Assembly: GCA_964620045.1 (NCBI GenBank)
Contig: CAZUJL010000015.1
Location: 15,203-79,202 of the forward strand
Length of the DNA: 64,000 bases
Origin: an uncultured Nitrospirales bacterium
GTDB taxonomy: Bacteria; Hydrogenedentota; Hydrogenedentia; Hydrogenedentales; GCA-2746185
Reading direction: 5' to 3'
Both the position numbers and the translations under genes were made by a program. A model generated the notes under the pieces. It had not been told where the DNA came from. It worked only from the letters and a program-made list of their open reading frames with translations, and ran no database searches. This document shows positions 46,163 through 56,468 of this stretch, in pieces. Positions within the stretch are counted from its first letter, which is position 1. The number at the start of each line of letters is the position of its first letter.

Positions 46163-47011
46163 TCAGGCCCCCGCTGCCACAGCCGCCTTGGCCTTTTGCC
46201 GGACGACGAGGTACGAAACGAGGATGCTGATTTCGTACAGCCCAATCATCGGAAATCCCATGAGCAGCATCGACACCGGATCGGGCGGCGTGAACACGGC
46301 CGCGGCCACAAAGATGAGCACGATGGCCACGCGGCGATACGCCTTCAGTATCGCGGGCGTCAGGATTCCGATATACACCAGCGCCAAGACGATCATCGGC
46401 ATCTGGAACGCGAGCGCGAATCCCAAGAGAACCTTGAGCACCGTCGAAATGCTCTCGCTGAGACGCAGCATCTGCGTGACCGAGCTCGGAATCATGTGCA
46501 TCATGGCTTTTAAGATGGCCGGCAAAATCAGGAAGTAAGCCATGCAAATGCCCGCGATCGCGAGGATAAAACCACCGAACAACAGGAAACGAATGACGCG
46601 CCTTTCCGTAAGCGTCAACCCTGGAAAGACAAACGCGCAGATTTGGTACACGATGATCGGCAACGCGAGGATAGTTCCGAAGTAGCCGCTGATGCGCATG
46701 CGAACCAAAAAAGGCTCGAAGGGCGACAACGATATGGTTTCGCCCTGCGTAACGTGGGGTTGGGCCGTCGTCACCGTACCATCCGCCGCCTGCACCGGTG
46801 CGGGCGGGGGCGACGCCAAGGGCGCCATCAGCGCGTCCAGGATCGCATTCGAAAATGTGTAACAAACGACGCAACCGATGGCGACGGCAATGATCGAACG
46901 GATCATGCGCGTGCGCAATTCGCCCAGATGCGCCGTGAACGTCATCCGGCCGTCAGGATCCTTCGGGGGCTCCTGCGGCGCGGCTGGCTTATCGGGAAGA
47001 TTGGCGGTCAC
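46163..47011 (-). CDS. tatC: Twin-arginine translocase TatC
   Basis: MTFTAHLGELRTR, SPFEPF, YQICAFVFPGL, FQMP and TPPDP motifs; start about GTG 47011. Confidence 0.95.
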   Translation of the reverse strand: MTANLPDKPAAPQEPPKDPDGRMTFTAHLGELRTRMIRSIIAVAIGCVVCYTFSNAILDALMAPLASPPPAPVQAADGTVTTAQPHVTQGETISLSPFEPFLVRMRISGYFGTILALPIIVYQICAFVFPGLTLTERRVIRFLLFGGFILAIAGICMAYFLILPAILKAMMHMIPSSVTQMLRLSESISTVLKVLLGFALAFQMPMIVLALVYIGILTPAILKAYRRVAIVLIFVAAAVFTPPDPVSMLLMGFPMIGLYEISILVSYLVVRQKAKAAVAAGA

Positions 47012-47131
47012 GGCGCTGCAACTCCTCGGACGCAGTAACGATTCGCGCCGGCGAATGCCCACGGCACACGCGCAAAGATCGTATCACACGGAGAGATCGG
47101 GGTTCAGCCTGCGGACGCCGCGCGAATTCAG

Positions 47132-47503
47132 CTAGAACTGCGGGTTCGGGCTGCCGGAAGAACTGGACGGCGTGTCGTCTTCGTCGTCACTTTTGAACAG
47201 GTGCACCGGCTTGTGTTCCGGGCCCGCCTCCACCCACTCCTTGAGCGCCTTGCCGGGGCGGAACGAGGTGACGCGCTTTTTCGGGATGGGTACTTCCTGT
47301 CCGGTGCGCGGATTGCGGCCGATGCGCGACTCGCGTTCTTTGACCTCAAACACCCCGAAGTTGCGGATTTCGAGGCGATTGCCTTCGACCAGCGAGGCCG
47401 TGATCGCGTCCAGCAATTCCTGGACGACCGATCCCACTTCGTTTTGCGTGAGGCCCAGCTTGGTGGCGACGTCGTTTACGAGTTCCCGCTTCGTCAGTGA
47501 CAT
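47132..47503 (-). CDS. IHF/HU-family DNA-binding protein
   Basis: LTKREL, RLEIRNFGVF, GRNPRTG and FRPGKALK motifs; acidic/Ser tail. Confidence 0.95.
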   Translation of the reverse strand: MSLTKRELVNDVATKLGLTQNEVGSVVQELLDAITASLVEGNRLEIRNFGVFEVKERESRIGRNPRTGQEVPIPKKRVTSFRPGKALKEWVEAGPEHKPVHLFKSDDEDDTPSSSSGSPNPQF

Positions 47504-47554
47504 CTTTCGCCCCTCCCCAACGCTTATCGCCGCTTCCCCGCCGCCTGAAAAACG

Positions 47555-48178
47555 TTATACCGCCTCGAGATCCACCGGCGGCAACCAGCCGATCGGCTCG
47601 AGGATCATTCGGAAGTATTCGCTCACCGGCGGCACAAACAGGATCACGCCAATCACCGCCGCGATAATCACCAGTACCAAAAGTAGCTTCTTCTGGCCGT
47701 CGGACATGCCGCCGCCCTTGCCGCCACCGCCCCCACCACCGCCGCCGGCGACCATCATGTCGAGGAAGATCTTTTCGCCGTTTTCCGCGCGGGCTTTTTT
47801 GTCTTCAATGGCGCCCAGCGTTTCGTTGATCGAGATGAACGAGCGATGCCATTCGCCCTGCAGCTTCTTCACGGCCACTTCGGACTGTGAATACACGGCT
47901 TCGAGGTTGGTCGCGCCGGACACGATGTTCATCGTGTTCGAATCGATCTTGTAGTCCGAACCGAGCTGATCGCGAAGCACGTTGTGCTCGCGCGCCAGCT
48001 TGCTCTTGATCTTCAGGAACTGGTTTTCGAGCTGCGCCTTGTTCACACCCGGGCTCGGGTACGCGCTCAGGATCTGGTTGAACAGAAGCCAGTCGTTCAT
48101 GAATTCGCGGCACATGCTGACGCGGCGGTCGAGCACTTCCACGACTTTTTGCTGCTTTTTGCTGAGTTTAGCGGCCAA
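47555..48178 (-). CDS. Hypothetical protein: helical domain, poly-Gly linker, C-terminal TM
   Basis: GC3-biased ORF, AAGGGAAG before TTG 48178, hydrophobic LLLVLVIIAAVIGVILFV segment. Confidence 0.72.
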   Translation of the reverse strand: MAAKLSKKQQKVVEVLDRRVSMCREFMNDWLLFNQILSAYPSPGVNKAQLENQFLKIKSKLAREHNVLRDQLGSDYKIDSNTMNIVSGATNLEAVYSQSEVAVKKLQGEWHRSFISINETLGAIEDKKARAENGEKIFLDMMVAGGGGGGGGGKGGGMSDGQKKLLLVLVIIAAVIGVILFVPPVSEYFRMILEPIGWLPPVDLEAV

Positions 48179-48304
48179 GAATCTTCCCCTTAAATGGCAC
48201 TTCGGCCCGCCCGTGAAATTGGCGCGTACAGTAACACAGCGATCCGGCCAAGTCAAACGAAGACAAGGCCTAAGTTCCTGCCCGCCGGGTTCTTACGCCG
48301 ATGA

Positions 48305-48877
48305 TTAACGCTTTCCCAGACCGAGAAAATTCTGAATGATCCGCTTGCCCGCGTGCGTCAGGATGCTCTCGGGATGGAACTGCACGCCCCAGATTGGGTG
48401 CTTCTTGTGCGCCACCGCCATGATCACCTGATCGTCGGTCTCGGCGATAATCTCCAAATCGCCAGGGCAACTCTTCCGTTCAATGATCAGCGAATGGTAG
48501 CGCGTCGCGTCGAACGGGGTCTCTATTCCGGCAAACAGCGCATTGCCCGTGTGCCTGATTTTGCTCACCTTGCCGTGCATGATCTTGTCCGCGCGGATCA
48601 CATTCCCGCCGAAGACTTGCCCGATGCACTGGTGACCCAGACACACGCCCAAGGTCGGAATCTCCGGCCCGAGGGCCTTGATAATCTCGTTGGAGTTGCC
48701 GGCCTCGCTCGGCGTGCAGGGTCCCGGCGAAATCACGATCTTCGCGGGCTTCAGTTTCCGAATGCCGGCGGCGTCGATCGCGTCGTTGCGGTAGACGCGA
48801 ATGTCCTTCTCGAACTCGCCGAAGTACTGCACCAGGTTGTAGGTGAAGGAATCGTAGTTGTCGATCATCACAATCAT
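48305..48877 (-). CDS. trpG: Anthranilate synthase component II (glutamine amidotransferase)
   Basis: IDNYDSFTYNL, ISPGPCTP, GVCLGHQ, TRYHSL and GVQFHPES motifs. Confidence 0.95.
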   Translation of the reverse strand: MIVMIDNYDSFTYNLVQYFGEFEKDIRVYRNDAIDAAGIRKLKPAKIVISPGPCTPSEAGNSNEIIKALGPEIPTLGVCLGHQCIGQVFGGNVIRADKIMHGKVSKIRHTGNALFAGIETPFDATRYHSLIIERKSCPGDLEIIAETDDQVIMAVAHKKHPIWGVQFHPESILTHAGKRIIQNFLGLGKR

Positions 48878-50355
48878 GATTCCAACCCCCGCTCGGCGAA
48901 CTCGACCGCCAGGAACATCGCCTTGGCCTTGTTGCGACTCTCTTCGTACTCCGCTTCCGGCACGCTGTCGTACACAATCCCGGCACCGGCCTGCAGGTGC
49001 GCTTTGCCGTCCTTCACGACCATCGTGCGGATCAAACTGCAGGAATCCATATCGCCGTTGAAACTGAAGTAGCCGCAACCGCCGCTATATGGCCCGCGGC
49101 GCAGGTTCTCCAGTTCGTCGATGATTTCCATCGCGCGAATCTTCGGCGCGCCGCTCACCGTGCCCATCGGGAACGTGGCCCTCAGCGCGTCGAAAGCGTC
49201 CGCGTCCTTGCGCATCGTGCCTTCGACCTGGCTCACGATGTGCATTACATGCGAGTAGCGCTCAATCACCATGAGCTGGGTCGGATGTACGGTCCCGATC
49301 TCGCTCACGCGGCCGAGATCGTTCCGGCCGAGGTCCACGAGCATGATGTGCTCGGCCCGTTCCTTCTCGTCGGCCATCAGCTCGGTTTCGAGTGCGTTGT
49401 CTTCTTCGCGTGTTCCTCCGCGCTTGCGCGTGCCCGCAATCGGGCGCACCATGCAGGTGCCGCCCTTCACTTGCGTCATCACTTCGGGGCTTGAGCCGAC
49501 CAGCGAAAATTCGGGGAACTGCATCAGGATCATGTACGGCGAGGGGTTCACACAACGCAGCGCGCGGTAAAGATTCACCGGGCTGTTGTACACATTCCGC
49601 TCGAAGCGCTGCGACAGCACCACCTGAAACACGTCGCCCGCGCGGATGTACTCCTTCGCCTTCTCCACCAGTCCACAGAACTGGTCTTTCGTGAAATTGG
49701 AGCGCACGGTCGTATCGAAGGCCGCGCCGTGCACGTGTTCGTCCGTAACCACCACCGGCTGGCGCAACTTCGCCTGCAGGGCGTCGATCTTGCCGACAGC
49801 TTCCACGTAGGCCGCGTCCGCGTCGCCTTGCACGTGCGCGTTCGACACGATCATCACGCGGTTGCGCACGTGATCGAAAATCAGCAACGTGTCGGTGATG
49901 TAAAAATAGAGGTCCGGCAGGTTCAGCGGATCGGGGTTCTTGTCGGGCAGCTTCTCGAAGAAGCGCACATGATCGTATGACATGTAGCCCACCGCGCCGC
50001 CGTGAAATTCAGGCAAGCCATCCACTTTCACGGGCTTGTACGAGTTCATCAGCTGGCGCAGATCGTCCAGGGGCTGCTCAGATTCGTAGCTCTCCGTCGC
50101 GCCCTTGCGCAGCACAGTCACCTGCTTTCCGCGCGACTTGAACACGATCGACGGGTCCGCGCCCAGGAACGAATAGCGTCCGATCACATCCGCCTGTTCA
50201 ACGCTTTCCAGCAGGAACGCGCGATCATGTCCGCGCGAAATTTTCAGATACGCCGCCACCGGCGTTTCGAGGTCCGCCACGATCTCGCGGTACACCGGCA
50301 CCAGGGCGCCCGGGGTCGCGAGCTTGCGGAATTCATCCAGAGTAGGTCGATGCAT
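48874..50355 (-). CDS. trpE: Anthranilate synthase component I
   Basis: FLLES, FQVVLSQR, NPSPY, PIAGTR, EHIMLVDLGRND, HVMHIVS and GTVSGAPK motifs. Confidence 0.95.
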   Translation of the reverse strand: MHRPTLDEFRKLATPGALVPVYREIVADLETPVAAYLKISRGHDRAFLLESVEQADVIGRYSFLGADPSIVFKSRGKQVTVLRKGATESYESEQPLDDLRQLMNSYKPVKVDGLPEFHGGAVGYMSYDHVRFFEKLPDKNPDPLNLPDLYFYITDTLLIFDHVRNRVMIVSNAHVQGDADAAYVEAVGKIDALQAKLRQPVVVTDEHVHGAAFDTTVRSNFTKDQFCGLVEKAKEYIRAGDVFQVVLSQRFERNVYNSPVNLYRALRCVNPSPYMILMQFPEFSLVGSSPEVMTQVKGGTCMVRPIAGTRKRGGTREEDNALETELMADEKERAEHIMLVDLGRNDLGRVSEIGTVHPTQLMVIERYSHVMHIVSQVEGTMRKDADAFDALRATFPMGTVSGAPKIRAMEIIDELENLRRGPYSGGCGYFSFNGDMDSCSLIRTMVVKDGKAHLQAGAGIVYDSVPEAEYEESRNKAKAMFLAVEFAERGLES

Positions 50356-50367
50356 GGTCCGGCTCCC

Positions 50368-50736
50368 CTACTCTTTCGCCACGCCGTCGCCGGCCAGCGC
50401 GAGTGCGCCGTCGGCGGCAACGGTACGGTAAAAACAGCTCGTCTCGCCCGTGTGACAGGTCGGCCCAGCGGGCGTGCAGCGCAGCAGCAGCGCGTCCTGA
50501 TCGCAGTCCACGCGGATGTCCTTTACGGCCAGCGTATTGCCCGAGGTCTCGCCCTTGAGCCACAGCTCCTGCCGCGATCGCGACCAGAAGCACGCGAGTT
50601 TGCGCTCCAGCGTGATCTTCAGCGACTCGCGGTTCATGTATCCCACCATCAGCACCTGGTTCGTGCGGTCGTCCTGAATCACCGCGGCCACCAGGCCGTC
50701 TTTGTCGAGTTTCAACACATCAAACAGGTTCTTCAC
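50368..50736 (-). CDS. hisI: Phosphoribosyl-AMP cyclohydrolase
   Basis: SRSRQELWLKGETSGN, DCDQD and CHTGETSCF motifs. Confidence 0.96.
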   Translation of the reverse strand: MKNLFDVLKLDKDGLVAAVIQDDRTNQVLMVGYMNRESLKITLERKLACFWSRSRQELWLKGETSGNTLAVKDIRVDCDQDALLLRCTPAGPTCHTGETSCFYRTVAADGALALAGDGVAKE

Positions 50737-50853
50737 GTTGCATTCTCCGGAAAACGCAGGGAAACGTCGTTGGATTGGCGCACAGTCTACCGAATCAGCC
50801 CACGGAATGATGGGGCCATCGATGGACCGCCGGATGAGGATAGTGGGCGTGTG

Positions 50854-51654
50854 TCATGAGCCCGCCTTCACGGCCGCCGGGATATCCGACAGCCGCACCG
50901 AAACGCCGTGCTCGGCCAAAAACTCCTTGGCCTGCCGGATCGTGTATTCGCGGAAATGAAAAATGGACGCCGCCAGCGCCGCGTCCGCCCCGCCTTCGTC
51001 GAGCGCCGCGCGCAGGTGTTCCAGCGTACCCGCGCCGCCGCTCGCGATGACGGGCACGCTCACGGAATCGGCAATGCGGCGCGTCAGCGGGATGTCGTAG
51101 CCTTTTTTCGTGCCATCCTGATCCATGCACGTCAGCAGGATTTCGCCCGCGCCGCGCTTGGCGACTTCTACGGCCCACGCCACCGGCTCCAGCGGCGTAA
51201 CCCGCCCACCGTCGCGCCCGCCGTGGCTTTTTACGATGTACTGGCCGCCCTCGATTCTCTTGGCGTCGATCGCGACCACGATACACTGTGAGCCGAAACG
51301 GTCCGCGGCACGGTTCACGAAATCGGGGTCCTGAATGGCCGGGGTGTTGATCGAGACCTTGTCCGCGCCCGCGCTCAGCAGCCGCCGAATGTCGTCCAGC
51401 GTGCGAATACCCCCACCCACGCACAGCGGCATGAAGGCCTGCTCGGCCGTGCGGCGCACGACGTCGACCATGGTATTGCGGTTGTCGGTCGAGGCCTGGA
51501 TGTCGAGGAAGACGATCTCGTCGGCGCCTTCTTCGTCGTAGCGGCGCGCGATTTCGACCGGATCGCCTGCGTCACGCAGGCCGAGAAAGTTTACGCCCTT
51601 GACCACGCGCCCTTCGGCGACATCGAGGCACGGAATGATGCGCTTGGTCAGCAT
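50854..51654 (-). CDS. hisF: Imidazole glycerol phosphate synthase cyclase subunit
   Basis: [44 protein letters not shown] and ASGGAG motifs. Confidence 0.97.
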   Translation of the reverse strand: MLTKRIIPCLDVAEGRVVKGVNFLGLRDAGDPVEIARRYDEEGADEIVFLDIQASTDNRNTMVDVVRRTAEQAFMPLCVGGGIRTLDDIRRLLSAGADKVSINTPAIQDPDFVNRAADRFGSQCIVVAIDAKRIEGGQYIVKSHGGRDGGRVTPLEPVAWAVEVAKRGAGEILLTCMDQDGTKKGYDIPLTRRIADSVSVPVIASGGAGTLEHLRAALDEGGADAALAASIFHFREYTIRQAKEFLAEHGVSVRLSDIPAAVKAGS

Positions 51655-51662
51655 TGGCTCCG

Positions 51663-52319
51663 TCAGGACGCTTGCGGCGCCTGACCCTCCGCCGGGCCTA
51701 CGGCGACGATCGTCGTTTCCTTCGGCCCTTCAAGCAGAAGCGGCATCGGCTTCACCGATCGCATGTTGAGCAGGAATTTTTTCACCGTCAGCCGCACGTC
51801 CACATCCTGCACGCCGAGAATCTTGCGCGTGTGTTCCTTGATGTACTCTTGCACGCGATCGGTCACCATGCGCGCGTCCGCATCGGCGTCTTTCATCAGC
51901 GCCGTTTCCGCCAGCACCATCACCCGCGACCGCGCGTCGGTCGGCTCCAGCCGCACCGAAATGGCCTTCACCTCCGGCAGCTTGTAGGCCACTTTCTCAA
52001 TGACGCCCTCGATGCTCTCGAGCTCAATGGTCACGTCACCATGCGCACCGGCGAACGTAATACTCTTTTTGCGCCGCTTTTTGCCGCCCATGATGAAGGA
52101 AAGCGCCACAATCAGACCCAGAGCGATGAAGATTCCGCCCAAAATCTGCCGGTACGGCAGGCCTTCCGGCAGATAGGATTTCAGATCATTCCAATACGTA
52201 TCGACGTGCTTCATGACGTCGTGCAGGTACATCTGGGTCAGCGCGGCGCCGAGGGCAATCAGGAGCACAGTGGTGACGAAGGTGGTCACCCAGGCAGTGA
52301 GCCGAATCAGGAATCGCAT
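51663..52319 (-). CDS. AmaP/Asp23-like membrane-anchored protein
   Basis: Two N-terminal TM helices, then GDVTI...IE...LPEVK...[15 protein letters not shown] pattern. Confidence 0.62.
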   Translation of the reverse strand: MRFLIRLTAWVTTFVTTVLLIALGAALTQMYLHDVMKHVDTYWNDLKSYLPEGLPYRQILGGIFIALGLIVALSFIMGGKKRRKKSITFAGAHGDVTIELESIEGVIEKVAYKLPEVKAISVRLEPTDARSRVMVLAETALMKDADADARMVTDRVQEYIKEHTRKILGVQDVDVRLTVKKFLLNMRSVKPMPLLLEGPKETTIVAVGPAEGQAPQAS

Positions 52320-52385
52320 GTGAGGTGGTTTCCTTAAGTCGCAGCGAACGAAAAGTATACGGCGCTTCCGAGGGCGAAGCAACGA

Positions 52386-53747
52386 TTAGGAACGCCCGCC
52401 ACCGCCCATCTGGCTTTGCATGAACCAGTCGAGGAAATTCATCGACAACTCGCCGCGGCGGAAGCGGCTGGTACGCAGGACGCGCGCGCAGAACTCCGCC
52501 GTGGTCTTGATTCCTTGGATCTGGAACTCGTCCAGCGCGCCGGCCAGCCGTTCGATGGCCTCCTCGCGGTCCTCGCCCCAGGCGCAGACCTTGGCGAGCA
52601 AGGAGTCGTAATAGCGCGGCACTTCGTAGCCCGCGAAAATATGCGTATCCACGCGCACACCGGGCCCACCCGGCATATACATGTTCTTGATCACGCCGGG
52701 ACTCGGCATAAAGTTATGCTCGGGGTCTTCGGCGTACACACGGGCTTCGATGGCGTGGCCGATGCGATCGGGTCCGTTGAAATCGAGCTTCTCCCCAGCC
52801 GCGAGACGGATCTGCTGTTTCACGAGGTCGATGCGCGTGACGAGTTCCGTCACGGGATGCTCGACCTGAATGCGCGCATTAAACTCAATGAAGTAAAAGC
52901 TGCCGTCCTGTGCGAGCAGGAACTCTGCCGTGCCGGCGTTCGAATAGTTCACGGCCTTGGCCGCGCGCAGCGCCGCGCGCATGAGGCGGTTCCGCTGCGA
53001 GGCGTTGAGCCCCGGCGACGGCGACTCTTCGATCAGTTTCTGGTGCCGGCGCTGAATGCTGCACTCGCGTTCGCCGAGCGCGATGATCTTGCCGTAGTTG
53101 TCGCCCAGCACCTGCACTTCGATGTGTCGCGCGTTCTCGATGAATTTTTCGAGATACACCCCGCCGTCGCCAAAGGCCGCTTCGGCTTCCGCCGTCGCCA
53201 CCTTGAACGAGCTGTTCAGCGAGGCGTCGTTGTGAGCGATGCGCATGCCCTTGCCGCCGCCACCCGCCGCCGCTTTGATCAGTACCGGGAAGCCGATTTT
53301 CTTGGCGATCGCGAGCGCTTCTTTGGGATCCGTCACGCGCCCTTCGCTGCCCGGCACGGTCGGCACGCCGGCGGACTTCACCGCCTCGCGGCAGCGCGAT
53401 TTATCGCCGGTGAGCGCGATGGATTCCGGTGTGGGCCCGATGAACCCGATATGACAGTCTTTGCAGATCGTCGCGAACTTGGGATTTTCAGACAGAAACC
53501 CGTAGCCCGGATGAATCGCCTGCGCGTCGCAGATTTCCGCCGCCGCGATGATCCCCGGGATGTGCAGATAACTTTCGCTCGCGCTCGGCGGACCAATGCA
53601 GATGCTCTCATCGGCGAGGCCGACGTGCATCGAGGTTTGATCCGCTTTGGAGTACACGGCGATCGACGTGATGCCCATTTCGCGGCAGGCGCGGATCACG
53701 CGGATCGCGATCTCGCCGCGGTTGGCTATCAGAATGCGTCGGAACAT
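52386..53747 (-). CDS. accC: Acetyl-CoA carboxylase biotin carboxylase
   Basis: ILIANRGEIA, HPGYGFLSEN, KAAAGGGGKGMR, ERECSIQRRHQK, RIQVEHPVTE and YDSLLAK motifs. Confidence 0.97.
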   Translation of the reverse strand: MFRRILIANRGEIAIRVIRACREMGITSIAVYSKADQTSMHVGLADESICIGPPSASESYLHIPGIIAAAEICDAQAIHPGYGFLSENPKFATICKDCHIGFIGPTPESIALTGDKSRCREAVKSAGVPTVPGSEGRVTDPKEALAIAKKIGFPVLIKAAAGGGGKGMRIAHNDASLNSSFKVATAEAEAAFGDGGVYLEKFIENARHIEVQVLGDNYGKIIALGERECSIQRRHQKLIEESPSPGLNASQRNRLMRAALRAAKAVNYSNAGTAEFLLAQDGSFYFIEFNARIQVEHPVTELVTRIDLVKQQIRLAAGEKLDFNGPDRIGHAIEARVYAEDPEHNFMPSPGVIKNMYMPGGPGVRVDTHIFAGYEVPRYYDSLLAKVCAWGEDREEAIERLAGALDEFQIQGIKTTAEFCARVLRTSRFRRGELSMNFLDWFMQSQMGGGGRS

Positions 53748-53786
53748 GCGCGGCGCCAAGCCCGTGCGCTGCACGGACTTCCTTTT

Positions 53787-54260
53787 CTAGTCACGCCGCA
53801 CCACGAAGAGCGGCTGGCCGAATTCGACGGCTTGCGCATTCTCGACCAGCACCTTTTCGATGACGCCGGAGAACTTCGCGCCAACTTCATTCATCAATTT
53901 CATCGCTTCAACGATGCAGATGGTCTGGTTTTCTTCGACGCGATCGCCCACCTTCACGAACATTTCCGCATCGGGCGATGGCGCGCGGTAGAACGTGCCC
54001 ACCATCGGAGAATCGAAGGTCGGCAGGCCGCCCGTGGGATCGTCCGCCGCCGGAGCGGGTGCCGCGGCCGGAGCAGATGCCGCGGGATGGGCCATCGGAG
54101 CGGGTGCGGGAGCCGGCGCCATGACCATTGGCGCAGCCACGGGCGCGACCGCGCTCGCCTTCTGCAGGCGGATACGGCGGCCGTTTTCCTCGACTTCCAA
54201 CTCGCTCAAACCGGATTGTTCGAGAATCCGGATCAAATCTTTTAGCTCACCGAAGTCCAC
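53787..54260 (-). CDS. accB: Biotin carboxyl carrier protein
   Basis: Ala/Pro linker, SPMVGTFY, EAMKLMNE biotin lysine. Confidence 0.97.
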   Translation of the reverse strand: MDFGELKDLIRILEQSGLSELEVEENGRRIRLQKASAVAPVAAPMVMAPAPAPAPMAHPAASAPAAAPAPAADDPTGGLPTFDSPMVGTFYRAPSPDAEMFVKVGDRVEENQTICIVEAMKLMNEVGAKFSGVIEKVLVENAQAVEFGQPLFVVRRD

Positions 54261-54323
54261 TGGGGACCCTCCGTTGAACTCCCGTTCCGGCGCATCATAC
54301 GCGGAACGCCCTTGATTTTCAGC

Positions 54324-54887
54324 CTACGCGCGTTCCAGGTAGGTTCCGGTGCGGGTGTCCACACGGACCACCTCACCCTCGTTCACAAACAGCGGCACCT
54401 GCACCACCGCGCCGGTCTCCAGCGTGGCCGGTTTCGTGCCGCCCTGCGCACGGTCGCCCTGCACACCGGGCTCCGAATAGGTAATTTTCAGATCGACCGT
54501 GTTCGGCAGGTCCACGCGAATCACGCGGGCCTCGTGGAACAGCAGGCCCACTTCCAAATTCTCTTTCAGGTAATCCTTAGTATCGCCCACGATCTGCGGC
54601 GTTACGGCGATCTGCTCATAAGTCTGCCGGTGCATGAAGTGGAAGAAATCGCCGTCGGAGTACATATACTGATACGGCTCCTGGATGAGGCGCACTTCCT
54701 CAAGACGCTCGCCCGAGCGGTAGGTGCGTTCCAGCGTGCGGCCGGTCAGCACGTTGCGCATCTTCGTGCGCACAAACGCGCCGCCCTTGCCGGGTTTCAC
54801 GTGCTGGAACTCGACCATTTCCAGAAGATTGTTTTCAATCTCCAGCACCATGCCGTTGCGGAAATCCGCCGTCGATATTTGTGTCAT
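54324..54887 (-). CDS. efp: Elongation factor P
   Basis: HVKPGKGGAFVRTK, GDRAQGGTKPATLETG and VDTRTG.YLER motifs. Confidence 0.97.
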   Translation of the reverse strand: MTQISTADFRNGMVLEIENNLLEMVEFQHVKPGKGGAFVRTKMRNVLTGRTLERTYRSGERLEEVRLIQEPYQYMYSDGDFFHFMHRQTYEQIAVTPQIVGDTKDYLKENLEVGLLFHEARVIRVDLPNTVDLKITYSEPGVQGDRAQGGTKPATLETGAVVQVPLFVNEGEVVRVDTRTGTYLERA

Positions 54888-55963
54888 AGCACCTGTAAAT
54901 CCTTCGAAGTCTTCGTGAACACGTCACAACCCGTTTCCGTTACCAACACCAGATCTTCAATCCGCACACCGCCCTGGCCGGGCAGGTAGATGCCTGGTTC
55001 CACCGTCACCACCATGCCGGGTTCGAGCACAGTGTCCGAGCGCGTGTTGAGCCGCGGCTCCTCGTGGATTTCAATGCCGACGCCGTGGCCAAGGCCATGC
55101 CCGAATCGGTCGCCATGACCGCCCCCGGCGATAATGCCGCGGGCGACGGCGTCCACGTCGCGTCCGGTCACCCCCGGCCGGATCGCCTCGAGCGCCGCCT
55201 GCTGCGCGCGATGGGTCAAGGTGTAAATCTCCTCAAACCACGGGCCGGGGAGTTTACTGAACACAAAAGTCCGGGTCAAATCCGAGCAATATCCGTCGCG
55301 CCGGCAGCCCATGTCGATCAGCACAATATCGCCGTCTTTGAGCCTACGATCGCCCGGCACGCCGTGCGGCAGCGAGCTGTTCGCACCGAACAGCGCAATC
55401 GTGCTGAACGAGGTGCCTGTCGCGCCCCGGCGCTTGAACTCATATTCAATCTGGGCAGCGAGATCGCGCTCGGCCATGCCCTCTTCCAGATTGGGGATCA
55501 CGTCGATCAGCACACCCTCGGCTAGTTCCGAAGCTGCGCGGATGGCCTTGGCTTCGGCCGGTTCCTTGCGAATGCGCAGCGGCGTCACCAAGGCCTCGTT
55601 CGCCACCAGTTCACCGCCGTAGGCATCCACCATGCGTGCGTGATCAGCCACGGTGTGCCCCGTCGGATCGAAGGCCGCGCGTTTCACCCCGAGTTTCTTG
55701 AGCAGTTCTCCCCCGCGCTGCATCTGATCGCCCGTGATCTGGGTAATCTGCAGGCCGTGCACCTGTACTTGCGCCTGCTCGGTGTAGCGGGAGTCGCACA
55801 GAAAGTGCGCTTCTTTTTCGGTGATCACAATCACCGAGGAAATGTGATCGAGGCTGGTCAAGAATCCGCTGAGGTACTGGTTCGCGGGTGGATGCACGCT
55901 CACAAATCCGTCGCAGCCGGCCGCGGCCACGCGTTCCCGGAGCGCGCTGATTCGTTGCTTCAT
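54884..55963 (-). CDS. Xaa-Pro aminopeptidase (M24)
   Basis: DSRY, SSLPHG, DMG...[27 protein letters not shown] and GGVRIED motifs. Confidence 0.94.
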   Translation of the reverse strand: MKQRISALRERVAAAGCDGFVSVHPPANQYLSGFLTSLDHISSVIVITEKEAHFLCDSRYTEQAQVQVHGLQITQITGDQMQRGGELLKKLGVKRAAFDPTGHTVADHARMVDAYGGELVANEALVTPLRIRKEPAEAKAIRAASELAEGVLIDVIPNLEEGMAERDLAAQIEYEFKRRGATGTSFSTIALFGANSSLPHGVPGDRRLKDGDIVLIDMGCRRDGYCSDLTRTFVFSKLPGPWFEEIYTLTHRAQQAALEAIRPGVTGRDVDAVARGIIAGGGHGDRFGHGLGHGVGIEIHEEPRLNTRSDTVLEPGMVVTVEPGIYLPGQGGVRIEDLVLVTETGCDVFTKTSKDLQVL

Positions 55964-56400
55964 TTGGCCGGAGCAAACTTCCGTGCGGCGGCGTGCAACG
56001 CAAGCCGGTAGCTCTCGACGCCGAAGCCGCAGATCAGGCCTTTGGCTACGGGCGTAATGTACGAATGCCGGCGGAAGTCCTCGCGGGCGTGTACGTTCGA
56101 CAAATGACATTCGATCGTCGGCACACTCACACCGGCAATCGCGTCGCGCAAGGCGATGCTCGTGTGTGTATAAGCGCCGGGGTTGATGATGATCGCATGG
56201 GCCCACTTCGCCGCGCCCTGAATCGCGTCCACCAGCGCGCCCTCGCTATTGGACTGCGTGCTCTTGATCGTGATGCCCAGCGTCTTGGCTTCGTCCGCCA
56301 GCATCTTGTCCACGTCCGCCAGGGTCTGCGTGCCATACACCTCCGGCTCGCGCGTGCCCAGCAGATTCAGATTTGGACCGTGTATGACCAGAACGTTCAT
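55960..56400 (-). CDS. aroQ: Type II 3-dehydroquinate dehydratase
   Basis: HGPNLNLLGTREPEVYG, INPGAYTHTS and HLSNVHAREDFR motifs. Confidence 0.97.
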   Translation of the reverse strand: MNVLVIHGPNLNLLGTREPEVYGTQTLADVDKMLADEAKTLGITIKSTQSNSEGALVDAIQGAAKWAHAIIINPGAYTHTSIALRDAIAGVSVPTIECHLSNVHAREDFRRHSYITPVAKGLICGFGVESYRLALHAAARKFAPAK

Positions 56401-56468
56401 GGCACCCCTTCCGAACCGTATCCCACCAAGCGCAAGGGTATCGTATCCCCCCGCGCCGATTCATCCCC

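Noticed and set aside
47041-47127. Long-range stem ATTCGCGCCGGCG / CGCCGCGCGAAT between the IHF/HU gene and tatC
   Set aside because: GC-rich pairing is expected by chance, and there is no U-tract or family match
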